A stretch of DNA of 59,488 nucleotides from the IMG/VR virus record IMGVR_UViG_3300027849_000014, positions 1-59,488 of that record; one strand, given 5' to 3'. The translations under genes were made by a program, and so were the position numbers. Each line of letters begins with the position of its first letter. Position 1 is the stretch's first letter. Source of the DNA: a virus (taxonomy: Duplodnaviria; Caudoviricetes). This document shows positions 13,871 through 22,964 of this stretch, piece after piece. The notes under the pieces were generated by a model that was not told the origin of the DNA, made no database searches, and worked only from the letters and a program-made list of their open reading frames with translations.

Positions 13871-14492
13871 AGCAAAATCAGTTTTCGAGACATTGAACTC
13901 TATCAATGTAAATGACAAGGTAGAAAAGAAGAACAACCTAACGTACCTATCATGGGCGTGGGCGTGGGCAGAGGTAAAGAAGAACTACCCTACCGCAACG
14001 TACACTATCTATGAGGATGCAGACGGGATGTTCTACCACTCAGACATCAGGTCTGCATGGGTAAAAACAGGTGTAACTATCGAGGGTATAGAACATATTG
14101 AATACCTACCCGTGATGGACTTCAGAAACAATTCTATTCTTCTGGATAAGCTATCGTCTGTTGACGTAAACAAAACCATACAGCGTAGCTTAACAAAGGC
14201 TATCGCAAGACATGGGTTAGGACTTTATGTGTATGCTGGAGAGGACTTACCTAGCGGTGAGGCAAAGCAAACAACAGGCAGACCAGCAGCTAAGAAGCCA
14301 GCTCAAACTAAGCCTTCTTTACAAACGACAGTGACGCACATAAACCTAGAGATAGGAGATGATAATTGGGATAGAGTTATGAAGTATGTAGTCGACAACA
14401 AAGACAAAGGTCTTAAGGTTATTGGAGAACAGCTGACTAAAAAATATAAAATGTCAACGATAGTTAAAAAAGAAATAGCAAAAGCAATATAG
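13863..14492 (+). CDS. Sak3/DUF1071-like single-strand annealing recombinase
   Basis: LTYLSWAWAW, LPVMDFRN and QRSLTKAIARHGLGLYVYAGEDLP motifs. Confidence 0.85.
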   Translation: MSKAKSVFETLNSINVNDKVEKKNNLTYLSWAWAWAEVKKNYPTATYTIYEDADGMFYHSDIRSAWVKTGVTIEGIEHIEYLPVMDFRNNSILLDKLSSVDVNKTIQRSLTKAIARHGLGLYVYAGEDLPSGEAKQTTGRPAAKKPAQTKPSLQTTVTHINLEIGDDNWDRVMKYVVDNKDKGLKVIGEQLTKKYKMSTIVKKEIAKAI

Positions 14493-14494
14493 AT

Positions 14495-15226
14495 ATGAAA
14501 GACATCATCAAACAATTACAAGACGACAAGGAGTACTACACAGGGGTTGGAAGAAATTATCTTTCCAACTCAGACATAGGAGACCTGATTAAAAATCCTA
14601 AGAACTTTAGGAAACCAAGAGAGGACAACAAAAACTTTCTTGTAGGCAGATACTTTCACCAGCTAATACTGGAACCAGAGAAGGCGGCAGCCACACCACA
14701 CGTAGACTTAGCCTCCAGGAACAGCAAGGCTTACAAAGAATTCATTGCTGAAAACAATCTAGAGATAGCCCTGCTTACAAAGGAGAAGCTAATGATGGAA
14801 GACCTAGTTGAAAGTATGCTCAATGTGAAGGACATCAGGGCTTTGATACAGGAAGAAGGTGTTCAGTATGAGGTGCCTATGATAAAAGAAATACATGGTG
14901 AAATGTGGAAGGGCAAGGCAGATATTGTAGGCTCAGAATATATTTTTGATATCAAAACAACAGGCGCTATAGATAAGTTTAAGTGGAGTGTTCGTGATTA
15001 TAATTACGACAGCCAAGCTTATATATATCAACAGCTTTTTGGAAAGCCCCTTGTGTTTTTAGTTGTGGACAAGACAACTAAGATGATAGGCATGTACTCT
15101 GTAAGTGACGAGAGCTTAGAACGTGGTGAGCAGAAGGTTGCCAAGGCTGTTGCGCAGTACAGAAAATTCTATGGTGATATGCCAGAGGAAGATATAAACC
15201 AATTCTATTTTTATGATGAGGTTTAA
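14495..15226 (+). CDS. PD-(D/E)XK exonuclease (RecE/DUF3799-like)
   Basis: LSNS, GRYFH..ILEP, KGKAD, DIKTT and Y..QAYIY motifs; adjacent to the annealase. Confidence 0.82.
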   Translation: MKDIIKQLQDDKEYYTGVGRNYLSNSDIGDLIKNPKNFRKPREDNKNFLVGRYFHQLILEPEKAAATPHVDLASRNSKAYKEFIAENNLEIALLTKEKLMMEDLVESMLNVKDIRALIQEEGVQYEVPMIKEIHGEMWKGKADIVGSEYIFDIKTTGAIDKFKWSVRDYNYDSQAYIYQQLFGKPLVFLVVDKTTKMIGMYSVSDESLERGEQKVAKAVAQYRKFYGDMPEEDINQFYFYDEV

Positions 15227-15383
15227 AGAGATGCTCCTTAAAAAGTACAAGGAGATATACAGAAGTAAGGATGTGATATGGCTTGAAGTTCCGATGAGCT
15301 GTGTCACACGAAAGGCTAAGGATAATATTATCATAGCCACAATAGAAACATTGGAGCAGAAAATAAATATTTTAAACCATTAA
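15213..15383 (+). CDS. Small hypothetical protein (56 aa)
   Basis: Hand-translated MMRFKEMLLKKYKEIYRSKDVIWLEVPMSCVTRKAKDNIIIATIETLEQKINILNH. Confidence 0.6.
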   Translation: MMRFKEMLLKKYKEIYRSKDVIWLEVPMSCVTRKAKDNIIIATIETLEQKINILNH

Positions 15384-15385
15384 TT

Positions 15386-15658
15386 ATGGCAGTAAACACA
15401 GATGAAATTGTATTCGCAGACGGTTTCAAATTCAGAAAGAAACATCCTAATCAAAAAGATTTTGTACTAGGAAGTTTAAGTATCAAGGTTGATGACGCAA
15501 TCACATTTTTAAAAGCCAACTCAAAAAACGGTTGGGTAAATGTAGGTATCAAGGAAAGTAAGGCAGGAAATCCTTACATGTTTGTTGACAACTTTGAACC
15601 AAAGCAAACAGAGGCGGTAACCAAAACTCATTTAGATGAGAGTGACGTACCCTTCTAA
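15386..15658 (+). CDS. Putative single-stranded DNA-binding protein
   Basis: Small beta-rich protein with an acidic C-terminal tail ending DVPF; recombination context. Confidence 0.65.
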   Translation: MAVNTDEIVFADGFKFRKKHPNQKDFVLGSLSIKVDDAITFLKANSKNGWVNVGIKESKAGNPYMFVDNFEPKQTEAVTKTHLDESDVPF

Positions 15659-15664
15659 AAATAA

Positions 15665-15686
15665 TGGGGTGTGTAACAGCGCCCCA
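15665..15686 (+). terminator. GC-rich hairpin after the SSB-like gene (possible terminator)
   Basis: TGGGGTGT-gtaaca-GCGCCCCA; weak U-tract. Confidence 0.45.
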
Positions 15687-15749
15687 AAATTTTTGTGCTA
15701 ATATATTTTACCATATAGGGTTTATTATTCAATGCTTTTATTTATTTTT

Positions 15750-15843
15750 ATTCCCTATACGAGACCAGAAAGATAACATTATCGACACAGACACTGATAA
15801 TCAGTTACTTAAGCAACACAAACTCGACACAAACTCGACACAA
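15750..15843. repeat. Origin-like module B upstream of the primase-helicase
   Basis: ATAACATT (15773), CTGATAATCAG (15794-804), AAACTCGACAC x2 (15820-41); same spacing as module A. Confidence 0.65.
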
Positions 15844-15859
15844 TTAAATCAAACACAGC

Positions 15860-18277
15860 ATGACAGCAAAAGAAATCACAATTTTTCAGAACATTAAAGA
15901 GACCTCAACCCCTTTCTTTAGGGGCTTGGACTTTATTATTGACAGAATAAAAAGCGGTGCATCAAAAGACCTAGTCAAAAGAATCCGCACAGAGAAGGAC
16001 AAGTCACAAAGGAATGAGCTAAAGAAAAACCTTCCAGCAATATGTTTCTCTGGTACGTTTAACAAACGCAACGACTCATCTATTATTAAGCACTCAGGTT
16101 TTATATGCCTAGACTTTGATGGGTATGAAAACAACAAAGAACTCTTAACAGATAAAGAGAAGCTAACAAAAAGTAATTTTGTATACTCAGTCTTTATATC
16201 TCCATCAGGTAAGGGATTAAAAGCTCTGGTTAAAATACCTCAGGACATTGACAATCATGTAAACTATTTTAATAGTCTTGAGATGCACTTCAACAACCCA
16301 CACTTTGATACTACCTGTAAAAATATATCAAGGGTATGTTACGAGTCATACGACCCGTTGGTATACGTAAACAAAAACTCTAGTGTATGGGAGGAGATTA
16401 AAGAAAAGGAATACACAGAGGTTAATAGTAAGTTGGACATGCCAACCATTCCAATCACTGATGAGAACAAGGTGGTTGAAATACTTGTTAAGTGGTGGGT
16501 AAAGAAGTACCCAATGGTTGAGGGGCAGAGAAACAACAACTGTTTTATACTAGCCTCAGCGTTTAACGACTTCGGTATTAATAAATCTTTAGCTGGATAT
16601 GTGCTGCAGAACTACAGAACAAAAGACTTTACAGAGACAGAGATAAACCAGACAATAAGTTCTGCCTATGCTCAGACACAAAACCATGGGACAAAGTACT
16701 ATGAAGACGAGGAAAGAGTTAACAACATAAGGGTAAAGCTGAGACGAGGAGAGTCTAAAAAGAAAATAAAATCACAGCTTGAAGAGAGCCACATAGAGCC
16801 AAGAGTAATAGAGGCTGTGCTCAACAGGGTAGAGGAGGAGAACGAACAGAAACAATTCTGGACTAAGTCAGACAAGGGTGTAATAAAGATAGTGCATATA
16901 CTATTCAAGCAGTTCCTTGAGGACAATGGCTTTTATAAGTACAGCCCAGAGGGTAGTAAGAACTATGTGTTTGTTAAGGTAACCAACAACCTCGTTGACC
17001 ACACAGATGAGAAGTATATAAAAGACTTTGTATTAAACAGCGTTATAGAGCTGGACGATGCGTCAATATACAATCACTTTGCAGACCAGGTAAGGTACTT
17101 TAGAGAGGATTTCCTGACACTTCTCTCAACGATTGACATCTACTTTGTTGAGGACAATAAGACCACCTCATACCTGTACTATAAGAACTGTGCTATCAAG
17201 GTGACAGAGAAAGATGTAGAGATAATAGACTACATAGACCTCAATGGTTTTGTTTGGAAAGACCACGTTATAGACAGAGCCTTCAACAGGTGTGAGGTAG
17301 GTGACTGCGACTACAAACAATTCATAAAAAATGTATGTGCTTCTGATGATGGTAGAATAAAATCAATGGAGTCTACAATCGGTTTCCTAATGCATGGGTA
17401 CAAGAATTTATCTTACTGCCCTGCAATAATTCTAAACGATGAGGTTATAAGTGACAACCCAGAGGGAGGGACAGGTAAAGGATTGTTTATGAACGCGCTA
17501 CAGAAAATGAAGAAGGTGGTAACGATAGATGGAAAGTCTTTTACTTTTGAAAGAGCATTTGCCTACCAACTTGTGTCAGCTGACACACAGATACTTGTGT
17601 TCGATGATGTAAAAAAGGGGTTTGATTTTGAGAGATTGTTTTCTGTGGTAACAGAAGGACTTACGCTTGAAAAGAAAAACAAGGACGCAATAAAAATTCC
17701 GTTTAGTAAGTCACCTAAGATTGCAATCACAACTAACTACGCCATCAAGGGAGCAGGTAATTCTTTTGCTCGTAGAAAGTGGGAGCTTGAACTACACCAG
17801 CACTACAATAAAAACTATACGCCTATAGATGAGTTCGGTAAGCTAATGTTTGGAGACTGGAACGATGAGGACTGGTGCAAGTTTGACAACTACATGGTGG
17901 GATGTATGATGGGATACCTAAAGACAGGCTTAGTCAAGAGTAAGTTTGTTAACCTTAAGATACGACAGCTGTCTGCGGAGTCTTCACATGATTTCATAGA
18001 GTGGCTAGGGTTAATAGCTGGGAGTGAGATGAGCGCTAATATATATATTGACTCAAGGATACACACCAACACTCTGTACCAGGATTTTATATCAGAGTAC
18101 CCAGACTACGGGCCTAAATCTAGGCTGTCTATAACACAGGTTAGATTTAATAAGTGGCTTACAGCCTATGCTGTCTACAAGACGGGAGCTCAACCTGAAA
18201 AGGGAAGAGATGCTACAGGTAGGTGGATGAGATTAAAAAAAGCAGACGAAGTTAACGTTCAAACCTCACTATTATGA
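15860..18277 (+). CDS. Primase-helicase (VirE-N/BT4734-like primase, PriCT-1-like, P-loop helicase)
   Basis: SGFICLDFD and FISPSGKGLK primase motifs; GQRNN; Walker A GGTGKG, Walker B LVFDD, ITTN sensor. Confidence 0.85.
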   Translation: MTAKEITIFQNIKETSTPFFRGLDFIIDRIKSGASKDLVKRIRTEKDKSQRNELKKNLPAICFSGTFNKRNDSSIIKHSGFICLDFDGYENNKELLTDKEKLTKSNFVYSVFISPSGKGLKALVKIPQDIDNHVNYFNSLEMHFNNPHFDTTCKNISRVCYESYDPLVYVNKNSSVWEEIKEKEYTEVNSKLDMPTIPITDENKVVEILVKWWVKKYPMVEGQRNNNCFILASAFNDFGINKSLAGYVLQNYRTKDFTETEINQTISSAYAQTQNHGTKYYEDEERVNNIRVKLRRGESKKKIKSQLEESHIEPRVIEAVLNRVEEENEQKQFWTKSDKGVIKIVHILFKQFLEDNGFYKYSPEGSKNYVFVKVTNNLVDHTDEKYIKDFVLNSVIELDDASIYNHFADQVRYFREDFLTLLSTIDIYFVEDNKTTSYLYYKNCAIKVTEKDVEIIDYIDLNGFVWKDHVIDRAFNRCEVGDCDYKQFIKNVCASDDGRIKSMESTIGFLMHGYKNLSYCPAIILNDEVISDNPEGGTGKGLFMNALQKMKKVVTIDGKSFTFERAFAYQLVSADTQILVFDDVKKGFDFERLFSVVTEGLTLEKKNKDAIKIPFSKSPKIAITTNYAIKGAGNSFARRKWELELHQHYNKNYTPIDEFGKLMFGDWNDEDWCKFDNYMVGCMMGYLKTGLVKSKFVNLKIRQLSAESSHDFIEWLGLIAGSEMSANIYIDSRIHTNTLYQDFISEYPDYGPKSRLSITQVRFNKWLTAYAVYKTGAQPEKGRDATGRWMRLKKADEVNVQTSLL

Positions 18278-19512
18278 TAGAGTTTAGAGACTACCAACAA
18301 AAAATTATTGATGACGGGGTTAAGATAATATCTGAAAAAGGATTTCTTTATCTAGCAATGGAGGTTAGGACAGGTAAGACCCTGACTAGCCTGGGTATAG
18401 CAGAGAAGATGGGGTACGAAAATGTTTTGTTCCTTACAAAGAAGAAGGCTATCAGTTCTATAACACACGACAACGATATGATGTGCCCCACATCTTTTAT
18501 TTTGTTTGTTATAAACTACGAGAGTATGCACAAGCTACCCAACATAAAGTGGGACTTGATTATTCTGGACGAAGCCCATGGTATGGGTGCGTTTCCCAAG
18601 CCCAACAAGAGAGCTAAAGATGTTAGAACTATTATAAGCAAGACAGGTTGTGATGTCTGTTTGTTGTCAGGAACACCAACACCTGAGTCGTACAGTCAGA
18701 TGTACCACCAGGTGTATGGTATTCCAAAGAATCCTTTCAGACAATACCCTAGTTTCTATAAGTTCTCTCATGACTACGTAGATGTTAAAGAGAAAAAGAT
18801 AAACAGTATGTACATAAGGGACTACACTAGAGGCCACGACTCTATAATTCAGAAGATGAAACCATACACCATATCTTACACACAGAAGGAGGCAGGGTTT
18901 GAGAACGATATTATAGAGGAGGTGCTTGAGGTAGAGATGAGTGATGCAACGTATAACATAACCTCAAAACTTAAAAAGTATTTAGTGGTTGAGGGTAAGG
19001 ACGAGGTTATACTTGCGGACACACCAGTGAAACTTATGATGAAGCTTCATCAGATATACAGCGGAACTGTAAAGTTTGAGAGTGGAAACTCTATGATACT
19101 AGACCTAAGTAAAGCTCAGTTTATATACGATAACTTTTGCTTAATGAAGGTAGGAATATTCTATAAGTTTAAGCAGGAACTAAACGCTTTGAAGGAGGTG
19201 TATGGCGACCAGCTCTGCACAGAGATAGACGAGTTTAATTCTACAGACAAGACCATAGCGCTACAGATAGTAAGCGGAAGGGAGGGAATCAGTTTGCGTA
19301 ATGCAGAGTATCTGGTGTACTACAACATAGACTTCAGCGCAACAAGCTACTGGCAGAGCCGAGATAGGATGACCACTAAGGACAGTAAGCTTAGTAAAAT
19401 ATTCTGGGTGTTCGCTAAGGGAGGTATAGAAAAACAAATATACAAAGCGGTGACAAAGAAAAAGGACTACACCTTGCGTCACTTTAAAAAAGATTTATTA
19501 ACTTTAAATTAA
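18274..19512 (+). CDS. Superfamily 2 (DEAH) helicase
   Basis: FRDYQ Q-motif, RTGKT, ILDEAH, LSGTP, EGISL and QSRDR motifs. Confidence 0.88.
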   Translation: MIEFRDYQQKIIDDGVKIISEKGFLYLAMEVRTGKTLTSLGIAEKMGYENVLFLTKKKAISSITHDNDMMCPTSFILFVINYESMHKLPNIKWDLIILDEAHGMGAFPKPNKRAKDVRTIISKTGCDVCLLSGTPTPESYSQMYHQVYGIPKNPFRQYPSFYKFSHDYVDVKEKKINSMYIRDYTRGHDSIIQKMKPYTISYTQKEAGFENDIIEEVLEVEMSDATYNITSKLKKYLVVEGKDEVILADTPVKLMMKLHQIYSGTVKFESGNSMILDLSKAQFIYDNFCLMKVGIFYKFKQELNALKEVYGDQLCTEIDEFNSTDKTIALQIVSGREGISLRNAEYLVYYNIDFSATSYWQSRDRMTTKDSKLSKIFWVFAKGGIEKQIYKAVTKKKDYTLRHFKKDLLTLN

Positions 19513-19517
19513 ATACA

Positions 19518-19727
19518 ATGGTAGAAGCACTTGGCTGGCTAACTATAGCCTGGATAATAATGTCAGTAGGAAAGTCAATAGGGAAGATGATATGGCCTGA
19601 GGACTGGGGACCTGGAGTCATAAAGGACAGGGAGAAAAACGAATGGCCTTCGGAAGAAAGCCAGGAGGATATGACAAGAAGGATATGGCCTGACAAAGAA
19701 CACAAAGAGAAAGATGAACTTCAATAA
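19518..19727 (+). CDS. Small membrane-anchored hypothetical protein
   Basis: Hydrophobic N-terminus; repeated (I/E)WP motif. Confidence 0.6.
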   Translation: MVEALGWLTIAWIIMSVGKSIGKMIWPEDWGPGVIKDREKNEWPSEESQEDMTRRIWPDKEHKEKDELQ

Positions 19728-20091
19728 TGATTTTAAATACGACCTTGAGATAGGAAAGGAAGGAGAAAGAATTGTTGATTCATTATTCAAAGACAAACTA
19801 ATTGAGGTAAAAAGAGACAGCTGGGTTGGAAGGTCAGGGAATATAGCGATAGAGTACGAGAGTAGAGGCAAGCCATCAGGGATAGCAACAACCCAGGCAG
19901 ACTACTGGATAATAATATTCTCAAAGGAATATCAGGACAAGGTTATGTATGTCTTTGAAACTCAGCTGCTTAAGAAGGTGTCTAGAGAATACTTTAGACA
20001 AGGCAGTGTCAAGGCAATGGGTGACAACAACACGTCCATGGCTGTGCTTATTCCTATAAAAGAAATTAGTAACTTTATAAAACATAAATGA
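19714..20091 (+). CDS. Putative PD-(D/E)XK-fold nuclease
   Basis: GKEGE...IEVKRD...GNIAIE...ADYW pattern. Confidence 0.6.
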   Translation: MNFNNDFKYDLEIGKEGERIVDSLFKDKLIEVKRDSWVGRSGNIAIEYESRGKPSGIATTQADYWIIIFSKEYQDKVMYVFETQLLKKVSREYFRQGSVKAMGDNNTSMAVLIPIKEISNFIKHK

Positions 20092-20327
20092 CAGAACAAC
20101 AGATACAGGCGAAGAGAATTAAACAGCTTGAGGCTGAGGGTTATTATGTTATTAAACTTATTAAGACAAACAAGAACGGCATACCTGACCTTGTTGCTAT
20201 ACCCCCCAACTGTGGTGTTATATTCAGCGAAGTTAAAACCGCTAAGGGAAAGGTGTCTGCGCTACAGGAGTATAGACTAAAAGAATTAAAGAAGCATGGA
20301 GTACAGACTGAGATTTATAGAGGGTGA
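20088..20327 (+). CDS. VRR-NUC domain nuclease (putative junction resolvase)
   Basis: TEQQIQ, GIPDL, FSEVK and GKVSALQ motifs. Confidence 0.82.
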   Translation: MTEQQIQAKRIKQLEAEGYYVIKLIKTNKNGIPDLVAIPPNCGVIFSEVKTAKGKVSALQEYRLKELKKHGVQTEIYRG

Positions 20328-20622
20328 ATACGAGTACGAGGTTGACGAAAACTTTATTGAAATACTAAGAGAGATGCCTGAAGATTTAGCGATGGACATA
20401 GCTTCTCAGATAGAATTTAATTCAGACATACTACCTGCGACTGGATTCAGCACCAAGGTATTTGCTGGTGTAACAAAAGACCTAGACCAACCAGTTTTTT
20501 TCTGTGTTGAGTACGCAAAAGAAGAAGGAGAGAACACTATATACATAGACATAGAAGAGGTAGACTCTGACACGTATTTAGATTTATATTTAATCAAACA
20601 AACATTACAATGGCAAACTTAA
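20296..20622 (+). CDS. Acidic hypothetical protein
   Basis: ORF track. Confidence 0.7.
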   Translation: MEYRLRFIEGEYEYEVDENFIEILREMPEDLAMDIASQIEFNSDILPATGFSTKVFAGVTKDLDQPVFFCVEYAKEEGENTIYIDIEEVDSDTYLDLYLIKQTLQWQT

Positions 20623-21134
20623 CAAGAGAAAATAGACTTAAGAAAATAGTAAACACAGTTTTTGACGTAGACGTTATGGAGAAAACCAGGAAGCGAGAAG
20701 TGGTAGAGGCCAGGATGGTGTACTGCCGCATACTTATGGACGAGGGATATAAAACCCTATCAAGAACAGCCAAGAGCCTGGACAAGCATCACGCCACAGT
20801 TATACATTATAATAATTCCTTTAAGTATGTTATAAAAGCAGACGATAAATTGTATGAATTGTATGAGCGATGTGTTAAAATGTTTACAGAACCACAGCGA
20901 GTAGAAAAAGAATTAACACTGGTTGAATGTAAAAATTTAATATTTACTTTGGAAAACAAAATAAAAAACTTAACTTTGAATTTATCTAGTCTAAATTTAG
21001 AGCATGAAATATTTATAAAAAGACAAAAGGTTTACCATGATATTTATAAAACGATACATGAGAGGGTAAACAAAAAGAACATCAAACAAGTTACACGCAA
21101 ACTTAACACATACCTAAATGGAATACACAGTTAA
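20610..21134 (+). CDS. Second DnaA domain IV-like HTH protein with coiled-coil tail
   Basis: TRKREVVEARMVY...LDKHHATVIH. Confidence 0.72.
   Translation: MANLTRENRLKKIVNTVFDVDVMEKTRKREVVEARMVYCRILMDEGYKTLSRTAKSLDKHHATVIHYNNSFKYVIKADDKLYELYERCVKMFTEPQRVEKELTLVECKNLIFTLENKIKNLTLNLSSLNLEHEIFIKRQKVYHDIYKTIHERVNKKNIKQVTRKLNTYLNGIHS
20948..20978 (+). promoter_or_regulatory. Possible internal promoter TTTG-N19-TAACTTTG
   Basis: Both boxes at canonical spacing, but inside a CDS. Confidence 0.45.
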
Positions 21135-21354
21135 CGACATAGAAAAGATTATAAGCTTTACATCATGGAACACAAGTAAAAAAATTGATGAGCTTTTAAG
21201 GATAGATTGTTATATGTATACAAACCTAGGGCTTGACTCTAGTTCTAAGGAAAGAACTACCGCTAGTAAAAACTCTAGGAAAATATATAGGGCAATAAAA
21301 AATTTAGATTATAAAATCGGTAATGATTTTTTAATTGCAATGGACAGAAGCTAA
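21118..21354 (+). CDS. Hypothetical protein
   Basis: ORF track. Confidence 0.7.
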   Translation: MEYTVNDIEKIISFTSWNTSKKIDELLRIDCYMYTNLGLDSSSKERTTASKNSRKIYRAIKNLDYKIGNDFLIAMDRS

Positions 21355-21545
21355 TGAACCCGAACACCTCGCTGGAGAAAAGAAGAATAGAACACGTTAA
21401 CAACCTAACGAACAGTCTTCACGACTCATGCGATGAAATCTACGAGTCTTTAATAGACCATGATTACAACCATTGTAAAAAAATTTCTAAAGAATTAATC
21501 TTAAAGCTAAAAGATATGATTGATTCTATGGAAGATGATTTATAA
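21354..21545 (+). CDS. Hypothetical protein
   Basis: ORF track; TAATG coupling. Confidence 0.7.
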   Translation: MNPNTSLEKRRIEHVNNLTNSLHDSCDEIYESLIDHDYNHCKKISKELILKLKDMIDSMEDDL

Positions 21546-22590
21546 AACAGCAGTCATGAAAAAAAAATTAAAGACCAATAGGCTTAGGCTAAAGGACGAT
21601 GAGTTAAATATAATAGAAGAGTATAGGGGGCTAAAGAAAGCGGCTGAGGCAAGCGGCATTGACGTAGACACAGTGAAGCACGCCTGGTTAAAGAGTGACA
21701 AGGCAAGCTTGTTCGTTAAGAACCCTAACTTCCAAACACAGAAACAAAAAGATTTTGTTGAGAAGCTAATCAAGGAACTTGACAAGCACTCTCCTCAGTA
21801 TAAAAAAATTAGGAGAAAAAAATCTAAGTCAGGACACCTCATGGTGCTGGACCCAGCCGACATACACATAGGTAAACTCTGCTCAAGGCTAGAGACAGGC
21901 CAGGAATATAATTCACAGATAGCAGTACAAAGAGTCTTGAACGGAGTCAATGGTATATTAAAATCATCTAACGGGTTTGATATAGATATGATTAACTTCA
22001 TAGGCGGCAACGACATACTGCATATTGATTCTCCTAAGAGACAAACAACAGGGGGCACACCTCAGGATACAGATGGGATGTGGTATGAGAATTTTTTAGT
22101 TGCTAAAAAACTTTACGTTGATGTTATTGAATTGTTGTTATCAATATCTGATATTCACTTCACCTTTAACCCAAGCAATCACGATTACATAAGCGGCTTC
22201 ATGTTAGCTCAGACAATCGAAAGCCATTTCAGACACTGTAAAAATATTACGTTTGATAATACTATGGCTCACAGAAAATACTTTAGGTATCATAATAATT
22301 TAATTGGAACCACACATGGAGATGGTGCAAAGTCCGCAGACCTTCCAAGCCTTATGGCTCACGAGAGCAGGGACTGGACTGACTGTACTAAAAGATATTT
22401 CTATACACACCACGTACACCACAAAACAAGTAAAGATTTTATTGGATGTACCGTTGAGAGTCTTAGGAGTCCAAGCACTGCAGACTCCTGGCATCACAAG
22501 AAAGGATACACTGGCGCGGTTGAGGGAGTTGAGGCATTTATACACCACAAAGTACATGGTCAGATAGCAAGGCTAACCCACATATTCTAA
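21520..22590 (+). CDS. Calcineurin-like metallophosphoesterase (probable start ATG 21556)
   Basis: ADIHIG, GNDILH, SNHD, HGD and HVHH metal-binding motifs. Confidence 0.85.
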   Translation: MILWKMIYKTAVMKKKLKTNRLRLKDDELNIIEEYRGLKKAAEASGIDVDTVKHAWLKSDKASLFVKNPNFQTQKQKDFVEKLIKELDKHSPQYKKIRRKKSKSGHLMVLDPADIHIGKLCSRLETGQEYNSQIAVQRVLNGVNGILKSSNGFDIDMINFIGGNDILHIDSPKRQTTGGTPQDTDGMWYENFLVAKKLYVDVIELLLSISDIHFTFNPSNHDYISGFMLAQTIESHFRHCKNITFDNTMAHRKYFRYHNNLIGTTHGDGAKSADLPSLMAHESRDWTDCTKRYFYTHHVHHKTSKDFIGCTVESLRSPSTADSWHHKKGYTGAVEGVEAFIHHKVHGQIARLTHIF

Positions 22591-22964
22591 TGTCTGAAAA
22601 AGATAAAGCAATACTAAAGTTTACTGAAAGGTTTGAGGGCTCGCACAAAAACCTAGGGCCTAGCGATGTAGACTACAGGGTGTATGATAAGCAGGGTAAT
22701 TTAATAGCATTCGCTTTAGTAATACCTACAGATAAAGAAATTAAATCCTGCTATCCCTTGCAGGTTAGCCTAAACAATCTATCAAAGCTATCCCTTAAAA
22801 GATTAAACCCTGTTATAATATGGGCTTGTCTTGATGGTATTATGTACGGTAAAATAAATTCTATATCAGGCACAGTGTCTTGGCAGGGCACATCAGAACT
22901 AAGCTCAGAGCTTGTTGTAATGTACCCAAAACAAAAGACATTTAATTATGCCAGACACTATTAG
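22590..22964 (+). CDS. Hypothetical protein
   Basis: ORF track; last gene of the + arm. Confidence 0.7.
   Translation: MSEKDKAILKFTERFEGSHKNLGPSDVDYRVYDKQGNLIAFALVIPTDKEIKSCYPLQVSLNNLSKLSLKRLNPVIIWACLDGIMYGKINSISGTVSWQGTSELSSELVVMYPKQKTFNYARHY

Noticed and set aside
15664-15897. Track ORF of 77 aa
   Set aside because: Runs through a hairpin, an AT tract and the iteron module; low-complexity product; better explained as non-coding.
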